A stretch of 64,000 nt of DNA, taken from positions 824,621 to 888,620 of the forward strand of contig OZ244852.1 of the NCBI GenBank assembly GCA_965220965.1, read 5' to 3'. The stretch comes from Candidatus Marinacidobacterium sp. GTDB lineage: Bacteria; Acidobacteriota; Vicinamibacteria; Marinacidobacterales; Marinacidobacteraceae. The notes beneath the pieces were generated by a model. The model worked only from the letters and a program-made list of their open reading frames with translations. It did not search any database and was not told the DNA's origin. Shown piece by piece: positions 54,948 to 62,787 of this stretch; position 1 is the stretch's first letter; every line of letters begins with the position of its first letter. Made by a program: the position numbers and the translations under genes.

Positions 54948-55787
54948 GTGAGCCGGGACGATCGGATCGTCCTGCTCACCGCTCCGGACGACCCGGAGTT
55001 CGAAGCCTGGGCCGAGGGGCTGCTCGGCCCCGCCGACCGCGCCCGCGCCGCAAGGCGGCGGCATCCGGTGGGGCGTCGCCGGACGGTGATCTCGAGGGGT
55101 CTTCTGCGCGTGCTGGCGGGGGAGCTTCTGGGGGTCGAACCTTCCGACGTCTGGACCGGGACGAGCCCGGGCGGGGCGCCCCAGGCGGGGGAGGCGGAGC
55201 CCGAAGGAGGGAGGCCCCCACGGCGCCTCGGCATCAGCATCGCCCACACCGTCTCCACCGTTGTGGTGGCGGCGAGCTTCTCGGAGCGCCGCCTGGGAGT
55301 GGATGTCGAGCTCCTCGACCGGCGCACCCGCCCCGAGGCGCTCGCCCGCCGCTACTACGCCCCGGGAGAGGCGGAAGAGCTCGAAGCGCTTCCCGCGCCG
55401 CGTCGTCCGGCGGCGTTCCTCCGCGCCTGGACGCTCAAGGAGGCGTGGGGGAAGGCGGCCGGCGTCGGGGTCCCGCGCGCCCTACCGCTCGTGGGGTTCT
55501 CGATGGGCGAGCTCGCCGGTTCGCGGGCGCTCACCGCGCGGAGGCTCCACTTCGTCGACCCGGCGGCGGCTTCGCGCGCGGGCGACGGGTGGCGGTTCTG
55601 GACGGTCGCGGCGGGGACCGCCTCCTTCGGCGTGGTGGCCGGTGAGATCTCCCGGGAGCCCACCGATGGGGAGCGGCCGTTGCCCCTTTTCGCCGGTTCC
55701 GCCATGATTGAACGGTTCGACAGCGGCTGGCCGGACCCCTCCGGCGCGCCGGTCGAAGTCTTCCGGATGGTTTCGCCTCCCCCCTGA
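54948..55787 (+). CDS. 4'-phosphopantetheinyl transferase (Sfp-type)
   Basis: ISIAHTVSTVVVAAS, GVDVELL (Mg-binding) and FLRAWTLKEAWGKAAGVG (WxxKEAxxK) motifs. Confidence 0.75.
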   Translation: MSRDDRIVLLTAPDDPEFEAWAEGLLGPADRARAARRRHPVGRRRTVISRGLLRVLAGELLGVEPSDVWTGTSPGGAPQAGEAEPEGGRPPRRLGISIAHTVSTVVVAASFSERRLGVDVELLDRRTRPEALARRYYAPGEAEELEALPAPRRPAAFLRAWTLKEAWGKAAGVGVPRALPLVGFSMGELAGSRALTARRLHFVDPAAASRAGDGWRFWTVAAGTASFGVVAGEISREPTDGERPLPLFAGSAMIERFDSGWPDPSGAPVEVFRMVSPPP

Positions 55788-55816
55788 ACTCCCGCTACCG
55801 GGAAAGGACCCACTTC

Positions 55817-58408
55817 ATGTCGCAGCTTCGCCGTTTCCGGTTCCGGGTCGCGCTCCTCGCCGTCGCTTCTCTGCTGGTCGCCGGGTTGGCCGGCGCGCAG
55901 GACGCGCCGCCGGCCATCCCGTCGATCGCGGACAAGACCTCCGGCATGACAGCGATCGACGGCTTCGTCCCGCTCCACTGGGACGAACGCACCGGGAAGA
56001 TCTACGCCGAGCTGGGTCCGATGGAGGAGGAGTTCCTCTACCAGGTCTCGGCCGGTTCGGGCCTCGGCAGCAACCCGGTCGGTCTGGACCGCGGCCAGTT
56101 GAGCATGACGGCGGTGCTCCGTCCGATGCGGATCGGGCCGCGGGTGCTCCTCATGGAGCCCAACTACCGGTTCCGCGCGATCAGCGACAACCCCGACGAG
56201 GTCCGCGCCGTCCGCGATGCGTTCGCGCCCTCGGTGCACTGGGGATTCCAGGTGGAGGCCGAGACCGGAGACCGGGTCCTGGTGGACATGACCGACTTCT
56301 TCCTGCGCGACACCCACGGCGCCATCGCCCGGCTGGCCCGCGCCCGGCAGGGGACCTACCGGCTCGACCGCGACCGCAGCGCCTTCTACCTGGAGAACAC
56401 CAAGGGCTTCCCCGACAACACCGAGGTCGAGACCCTGCTCACGTTCACTTCGGACAATCCGGGACCGCTCGTCCAGGCGACGGCCGCCAGCGGGGAAGCG
56501 GTGACGCTGCGCCAGCACCACTCGCTCGTCCGCCTTCCCGGCCCCGGCTTCGAAATGCGCATCGCCGACCCGAGGATCGGCGTGAACGGCCCGCAGTACA
56601 TGGACTACGCGACCGCGATCGACGAGCCGATGACCGTCCGGCTCACCGCCCGGCACCGCCTCGAGAAGCGCGATCCCTCGGCGGAGCGTTCCGAGGTGGT
56701 CGAGCCGATCGTCTACTACCTCGACCGGGGCGCTCCCGAGCCGATCCGGAGCGCGCTCCTCGAGGGGGCCCGCTGGTGGAACGAGGCGTTCGAGGCGGCC
56801 GGCTTCATCGACGGCTACCGGGTCGAGGTCCTTCCGGAAGGCGCCGACGCCCAGGACGTCCGCTACAACATGATCCACTGGACGCACCGGCGAACTCGCG
56901 GCTGGTCCTATGGCGGTTCGGTCCAGGACCCGCGCACCGGGGAGATCATCAAGGGGAACGTGAACCTCGGGAGCCTGCGGCTGCGGCAGGACCACCTCCT
57001 CGGGGTCGGCATGGTCGCGCCGTATGTCGGGGGCTCGGGCGCCGCGCCGGCCGGCCACGACCACGGGATGCACGGCCTTCCGCCGGACCCCGGCGGCCCG
57101 CACTCCTGCGGCCTCTCCGCGACGCCGGGATTCGGGTATCTGGCGCAGATCAGCCCGGACGCCGACCCGGTGGAGCTGGCGCTGGCCCGCGTGCGGCAGC
57201 TCTCCGCCCATGAGGTGGGCCACACGCTGGGATTCCCGCACAACTACATGTCGTCCACCTACGACGGCCGCGCCAGTGTCATGGACTATCCGGCGCCGCT
57301 GGCGACGCTGGAAGACGACGGGACGGTCTCGCTGAGCGACGCCTACGGCGTCGGCGTGGGCTCCTACGACATCCTCTCGGTCCGCTGGGCCTACGCCCAC
57401 GTCCCGCCCGCCGAGACTGCGGCCACGCTCGACCGGATCATGCAGGAAGGGCTCATGGCGGAGACCCGGTTCATGGCCCACACCGACAACTACATCGGGG
57501 CGGGCGCGCACCCGCTGGCCTCCGTCTGGGACAACGGCGGCGATCTGGTCCGCCACCTCGGCCGCGAGATCGACATCCGGCAGGCGGGTCTGGACGCCTT
57601 CGGCGAGCGCGTGATCCGGGTGGGCGAACCGATGTCACGGCTCGAGCCGGTTCTGATGCCGCTCTATCTCCACCACCGCTTCCAGATGAAGGCGGCGATG
57701 AACACCATCGGCGGGCAGGAGTACTACTACGCGGTCCGGGGCGACGGGCAACGCCCGGTGAACGCCGTCCCCGGCGACCGCCAGCGCGAAGCCCTTGACA
57801 CCGTCCTGAGGACGCTCGACACGAGCTTCCTGGCCCTTCCGAGGCGCATCGTCGAGATGATCCCCCCGCCTGCCTACCGGGAGCGGGGAACGGAGACCTT
57901 CGACGGGCACACCGGCGTCGTCTTCGACCCGCTGGCGGCGGCGGACACTTCCGCCGACTACACCGTCGAGCTGCTGCTCCACCCCGAGCGGATGGCGCGG
58001 CTGGTGAACAACCACGCGCTCGACCCGGACCAGCCCGGACTGAGCGAGGTCCTCGACCGGCTCACAGAGGCCACCTGGGGAGAGGACGAGCCGGATGACA
58101 CCTACCACCGCGCCGTCCAGGACGCCGCCGAGCGCAGCGTGCTGAACGGGATGATGCGGGAAGCGCTGAACCCGGACAACCCGGCGCGCGTTCGCGCCGT
58201 CATCGAGGACCGGCTCGTCGCCCTCGGAGAGAGCCTGGGCGAGATGGACGACCGCAGCCCGCACGAGGAGCTGGCGTGGATGGACATCGACCGCTTCCTC
58301 GACCGGGACGACAGTCTCGACCCCAACGCCCGCCGTCCGGCCCTCCCGCCGGGCTCCCCCATCGGCGGCGCCTCGGCGTCAGGGGAGCGCATCCACCCGG
58401 GCCACTGA
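55817..58408 (+). CDS. Secreted zinc-dependent metalloprotease (DUF5117/DUF4953-type)
   Basis: Signal peptide. DGFVPLHWDERTGKIYAEL N-terminal block. Zinc site SAHEVGHTLGFPHNYMSS...SVMDYP. 863 aa. Confidence 0.8.
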   Translation: MSQLRRFRFRVALLAVASLLVAGLAGAQDAPPAIPSIADKTSGMTAIDGFVPLHWDERTGKIYAELGPMEEEFLYQVSAGSGLGSNPVGLDRGQLSMTAVLRPMRIGPRVLLMEPNYRFRAISDNPDEVRAVRDAFAPSVHWGFQVEAETGDRVLVDMTDFFLRDTHGAIARLARARQGTYRLDRDRSAFYLENTKGFPDNTEVETLLTFTSDNPGPLVQATAASGEAVTLRQHHSLVRLPGPGFEMRIADPRIGVNGPQYMDYATAIDEPMTVRLTARHRLEKRDPSAERSEVVEPIVYYLDRGAPEPIRSALLEGARWWNEAFEAAGFIDGYRVEVLPEGADAQDVRYNMIHWTHRRTRGWSYGGSVQDPRTGEIIKGNVNLGSLRLRQDHLLGVGMVAPYVGGSGAAPAGHDHGMHGLPPDPGGPHSCGLSATPGFGYLAQISPDADPVELALARVRQLSAHEVGHTLGFPHNYMSSTYDGRASVMDYPAPLATLEDDGTVSLSDAYGVGVGSYDILSVRWAYAHVPPAETAATLDRIMQEGLMAETRFMAHTDNYIGAGAHPLASVWDNGGDLVRHLGREIDIRQAGLDAFGERVIRVGEPMSRLEPVLMPLYLHHRFQMKAAMNTIGGQEYYYAVRGDGQRPVNAVPGDRQREALDTVLRTLDTSFLALPRRIVEMIPPPAYRERGTETFDGHTGVVFDPLAAADTSADYTVELLLHPERMARLVNNHALDPDQPGLSEVLDRLTEATWGEDEPDDTYHRAVQDAAERSVLNGMMREALNPDNPARVRAVIEDRLVALGESLGEMDDRSPHEELAWMDIDRFLDRDDSLDPNARRPALPPGSPIGGASASGERIHPGH

Positions 58409-58422
58409 GCGGCTCACGGGAC

Positions 58423-58446
58423 CTCCCGGAGCCAAGACTCCGGGAG
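58423..58446. terminator. Perfect 9-bp hairpin between convergent genes (bidirectional terminator candidate)
   Basis: CTCCCGGAG (58423-58431), loop CCAAGA, CTCCGGGAG (58438-58446), followed by TT. It sits between the metalloprotease stop (58408) and the helicase stop (58482). Confidence 0.55.
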
Positions 58447-58481
58447 TTCCGCTCCGCGGTCAGAGGTTCAGGTCCGCCCAC

Positions 58482-61400
58482 CTATCCGCGGGATAGCGCC
58501 TGTTCGATCTCATTCAGGGCGAATTTGCGGTTCAGGTGTGGGTGCAGCCACTGATTCCGATAACTCCTGAGGCACCCATAGCAGCTCGCGTCGCAACCGC
58601 AGTCGCCGCGCACACGCGTTCGCGCAAGTTCCAGCACGAGGCGGAAACTCTCCCTGTTGGTGAGTTGGCCTACGAGTCCAGCGCCGCCAGGAACATCGTC
58701 GTAGAGAACCACTCCGTCCACGGTAAGGGTGACGTTCAGGTCGCGTTCGGGGACGGCAACGGCATCGGCAGCTCCATGGAGAAGCGCGTACCCGAGCGAA
58801 TACCGAACCCACTTCTGGCGCCCCGGCAGCTCAACCTTGACCACATCTGTGACAAGCTCGTGACCCAACGCGTAGCTGGAGAAGGTACCTCGGCAGGGAC
58901 GCCCGTCCGCTGTCTTGTGGCCGCGCGCCCGTGGGTTCGCGTCGTGTAGTCCGCAGTCCTCGCACAGCAAGAAGTTGCGCTGACCCTGACCCTCACAGAG
59001 AACCACTAACCTGCCTGGCAGAGCCTCTGCGACATCGAGCCCGAAGAGTCTCTTCTTGTGGGCCTTGCGCGCCCCAGCGGAATACCCCTGGAAGAACGGC
59101 TTCGTCGTATACTGACGGCGCGGTCGGCGCACCGGAGGGCGTGGGTCGGTCTGGAGGTCGGTAGTAAAGCCCCAACGTGGGACGAGATAGCGACCTGAGT
59201 ACTGTGCACCTTCCTCCTTCTCCGCGTCATTTGAGGATTCGAAGGCGCCCTCCTCGTTCCAGAAGTACCAGCGGACGGTGGGAGCCTGCCCCTCGACCCT
59301 CCGAATACCCACAGACTTCCACTCCAGCTTGTCGGCGACTACGCTGCTCCCAGGCGCGTATTCGGCAAGCGCGAGTGAGAGATCACGGTCGAGCTCTATG
59401 TTCTGGCCATTCTTGGTCGCTCCCGTTTGCAGCTCGACCACATCCACCGGAAATCCGTATTTTGGGATGATGGCGTGTCGCGCCAGAAACGAAATCGCCA
59501 TCTCCCGCTCCATCGCGTTCAATCGGTCCTCCAACCGATAGCGCCTCCTTCGTTCAGTGCGAGTGGCATTCAGATCCGCCAGGATCCGTTCGATCTGAAG
59601 ATACTCGGCGCACCGATCGGCGACGGCGCGGGCGAGTCTGCTCTCGCTCCCGGTAAGCCGTCGAACCCATTTCTGTCCATCGACCCCGACGCTCTCCCGC
59701 AGCGTCGCCGGAACGACGTCGTGCAGGACTCGCGGCAGCGCGTCGTCGTTGCGGCAGAACTCGCCGAAAGCATCACACACATCGGGGTGTCGCCAGTCCT
59801 CGCCAATGAAATCCTTGACTCGTCCGGCGCGAATACGATGCGCCGGCTGCCGGAAGAAGTGTGATAGGGCGACCGCGGTCATGTGCCTTTGGACGATCTG
59901 AGGATTTGTCAGGCGAAGGATCGGCGGTCGGACCCGACCAGAGATCATCTCCTGCTGATGTCGGAAGTAGTGGAGGTCATGGGAGTTGCGGCGACAGTAG
60001 GTGACGGCAAGACCTGCCTTCCCCCGCCGGCCGGCGCGGCCGACTCGTTGTGTGTAGTTGAACGGTTCGGGTGGCACGTTACGAAGAAACGTCAGGCGAA
60101 GATCACCGAGGTCGACACCGACTTCGAACGTAGTGGACGAACTGAGCAGGTGCACCCGATCCCGCTGAAAATCGCGCTGGACGCTGCGCGCTTCCTCCGG
60201 AGTCAACTGCGCTGTGTGTTCGGCCGTTCTGAAGTCTGCTGGAAGGTCCGATGCGAGGTAGAGGCGTCGGTAGTGGTTGTCCTCGTGCGTGCTCTTCACC
60301 CGACCGAGTCGTCCCGTGCAGCGAGGACGGGGACAGAGGCCGCGAAGGGCTATGGCAGTGACCCGGTCGCACCTACGACACCGCCAGAGGTCGGATGACG
60401 AGGCCGGACGGACACGGAGCCACTCGGCGCGCAGCCGGAAGCCGTTAGTCCTGCGATCGATGGACAGGAGAGCGGCGCTGGACGAGCGTCGCGACTGAGC
60501 GACGAGGTGATCCCAGACACGAACCATCACATCTTGGGCGGCGAACACGGGGTCCGTCTCACCATTGACTAGTTTGGGAAGATAGTCGCGAACAAGGCCG
60601 CCCTGCGGTGAGCCCCACTGGCGCAGATGACGGCGTCCGTGCGGACGATCTTGGCTGAAGGCGAGTTGGGGCCTCTCTGGCTTTATGACGGACCACGTGG
60701 GCAGATCCGGATCGGTGGAGGGCAGCTCCACCGCGTCGTTTCTGAGGAACTCGGCGAGCAGCAATTGCAGGAGCGCACTGGCCTCCGCCGGGTTCAACCG
60801 CCAGGGAGTCTCCTGGAACACTGGCGGGAGATTCATGCCCGGAGGCAGTGCGACATGCCAGCGGCAGAGGCCGACCCCCGCCAGCGACAGCCGCGTGTCA
60901 TCGGTCACGGCTTCACGAAGCACTGCCGCATAGGCATCTCTGTAGCGCTGTGCTCCAGTCTCCGACGGTGCGTGAACCCCCAGCTCCGACCGGACTCTCT
61001 CGAGTCTCTGCGCGAGATCGGCCACGGACAACTCGCAGTGACTCGCGCCACGCGGTGAAGCCTTCTGTCGAAGGGCGCGGAGCAACAGGTTGCGCGTGAG
61101 CAGAGTCCGGTAGGAGTCCTCCGCATACCAAGCAAAGAAAGCTGCGTCCTGTCGGCTATCCGCGAAGGCAAGGATCTTCTTCTCATCCTCGGGAAGAAAC
61201 CGGTGCATGGCCGTAGCCAGAACGGCGTTGGGGGCGTCGGCGCCGTGGACGATCGCCTGAACGGGATCGCCAACGCCACCTCGGCTGTAGCTACAGACCG
61301 CGCACCTCTTCAGTTGATCCCGGTACTCCGGTTGCTGTCGGTTCTCACTCCGTTCAACACGGATCGCCGCTCCACAGCGGCACGTCAGCTCGTCGCTCAG

Positions 61401-62738
61401 CGCACCGCAGATACGGCAGAGCAGAAGGGAACCCTCCTCGGCGGGCAGGTAGAACTCGACCCCGAACTCCTCGCGCGACGGATCCCGGCAGGCTTCCAGG
61501 AGGAACCCTCCGGTACGGCGGCCAACGTAGTAGTGCTGGCCACACTCGCGGCACAGCGCTATCTCGATATAGGCCGACTTGCCAGCCTCATCCCCGACAT
61601 GACCGCGGTTCAGCGTGACCCGGTCCTGCCCATGATGGTGATGCAGGAAAGCGCCTTCAAGCGCCCTTGCAAACACGTGGTAGCGACGTACGTGCGCACT
61701 CGTCCTGGCCCGTGTAGTGTCCTCCTGACCGAAGATCACGCACTCGGGAGCGAAGGGCTCACCGAACAGGGCACTCGCAAATCGAGCCACGGATGCCCGA
61801 GCATCGGCATCGTGTGTCGACGCGATGGTGGCGCTCGTGGCGACGCATCGAAATGACCCCGACCGGCCGCCTCGCCGCAGTCGATTCGTGAGACGGCGCA
61901 GCAGCATCGCCATCTCGATCCCCCTTGCACCGCGATACATGTGCGCCTCGTCGAGGACCAGAAACCGCCAGTGAGCGGCCCGGCCGGCATCGAACAAAGG
62001 GCTGTCATCCGGCCGGAGGAGCAGATGCTCGAGCATCGAGTAGTTGGTAAACAGAAGGTGCGGCGGCCGCGCCCGCATATCCTCGCGGAATACTGTTTCG
62101 CCGGGGAGCGCGCTCTCAGCGCGCGCGCGACCGTGCCGGCGTCGGTCTCTGATGTTCTCCGGTGTCTGCCCGATGTACTGTCCAAAGGAGAATCGGAAGT
62201 CGGAGCGGTCCGCAGCGAGGTTGCCGCAGAGCGCGCCGATCCGCTCGCGCTGGTCGTTGACCAGGGCGTTCATGGGATAGAGAACGAGGGCGCGGACGCC
62301 GGGGTCGCCCAGCGTGCCGGCCAGGTGTTCTCCGTAGAGGGAGAACAGAATGGGATAAAGGAAGCACTCGGTCTTCCCGCTGGCTGTGCCGCTCGCCACG
62401 GCGATGTTGGACTGTGCGAACGCGCTCTGTCGAATGGCCTCCTCCTGATGTGCATAGAGCGCGCCGGAGTGCAGAGCAGGTAAGAGCGCGCCTGCCCGGC
62501 CAGGAAACGCCGCCTCGGCGAGAGCGGGAGCCTCGACCCCGAGCCGAAAATACCGGCCGTATTCCGGAACAGGTTCGGTGACCAGTGTGCCCTCGGCTTC
62601 GAGCGCGGTGCGGAAGGACTCGCGTAGTTGGGGATCTCGGAAATGGAAAGATGTTGTGAGGTACCTGAGGTAGCTCGAACGCAGACGTCGGACCCACCCG
62701 GCGATCTCCGCGTCGGAATGGGGTTGGGTGACGCTCAT
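58482..62738 (-). CDS. Large SF2 DEAD/DEAH-box helicase with C-terminal DUF1998/MZB zinc-binding domain (YprA-MrfA / DrmAB / DruE-like)
   Basis: ATG at 62738. Motif I VASGTASGKT (62370-62399), motif II DEAH (61941-61952), TSATI, motif VI QRVGRAGRRG. C-terminal GDCGCDASCYGCLRSYRNQ (about 58567-58611) is the DUF1998 4-Cys cluster. Extra CxxC pairs lie between the RecA lobes. The first 126 codons of the ORF-track entry overlap the upstream gene out of frame. Confidence 0.85.
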   Translation of the reverse strand: MSVTQPHSDAEIAGWVRRLRSSYLRYLTTSFHFRDPQLRESFRTALEAEGTLVTEPVPEYGRYFRLGVEAPALAEAAFPGRAGALLPALHSGALYAHQEEAIRQSAFAQSNIAVASGTASGKTECFLYPILFSLYGEHLAGTLGDPGVRALVLYPMNALVNDQRERIGALCGNLAADRSDFRFSFGQYIGQTPENIRDRRRHGRARAESALPGETVFREDMRARPPHLLFTNYSMLEHLLLRPDDSPLFDAGRAAHWRFLVLDEAHMYRGARGIEMAMLLRRLTNRLRRGGRSGSFRCVATSATIASTHDADARASVARFASALFGEPFAPECVIFGQEDTTRARTSAHVRRYHVFARALEGAFLHHHHGQDRVTLNRGHVGDEAGKSAYIEIALCRECGQHYYVGRRTGGFLLEACRDPSREEFGVEFYLPAEEGSLLLCRICGALSDELTCRCGAAIRVERSENRQQPEYRDQLKRCAVCSYSRGGVGDPVQAIVHGADAPNAVLATAMHRFLPEDEKKILAFADSRQDAAFFAWYAEDSYRTLLTRNLLLRALRQKASPRGASHCELSVADLAQRLERVRSELGVHAPSETGAQRYRDAYAAVLREAVTDDTRLSLAGVGLCRWHVALPPGMNLPPVFQETPWRLNPAEASALLQLLLAEFLRNDAVELPSTDPDLPTWSVIKPERPQLAFSQDRPHGRRHLRQWGSPQGGLVRDYLPKLVNGETDPVFAAQDVMVRVWDHLVAQSRRSSSAALLSIDRRTNGFRLRAEWLRVRPASSSDLWRCRRCDRVTAIALRGLCPRPRCTGRLGRVKSTHEDNHYRRLYLASDLPADFRTAEHTAQLTPEEARSVQRDFQRDRVHLLSSSTTFEVGVDLGDLRLTFLRNVPPEPFNYTQRVGRAGRRGKAGLAVTYCRRNSHDLHYFRHQQEMISGRVRPPILRLTNPQIVQRHMTAVALSHFFRQPAHRIRAGRVKDFIGEDWRHPDVCDAFGEFCRNDDALPRVLHDVVPATLRESVGVDGQKWVRRLTGSESRLARAVADRCAEYLQIERILADLNATRTERRRRYRLEDRLNAMEREMAISFLARHAIIPKYGFPVDVVELQTGATKNGQNIELDRDLSLALAEYAPGSSVVADKLEWKSVGIRRVEGQAPTVRWYFWNEEGAFESSNDAEKEEGAQYSGRYLVPRWGFTTDLQTDPRPPVRRPRRQYTTKPFFQGYSAGARKAHKKRLFGLDVAEALPGRLVVLCEGQGQRNFLLCEDCGLHDANPRARGHKTADGRPCRGTFSSYALGHELVTDVVKVELPGRQKWVRYSLGYALLHGAADAVAVPERDLNVTLTVDGVVLYDDVPGGAGLVGQLTNRESFRLVLELARTRVRGDCGCDASCYGCLRSYRNQWLHPHLNRKFALNEIEQALSRG

Positions 62739-62787
62739 CGATCCGTGGCGCGGAGCATCCGATCGCAGACCCGGGTCCAGGCGTGCC

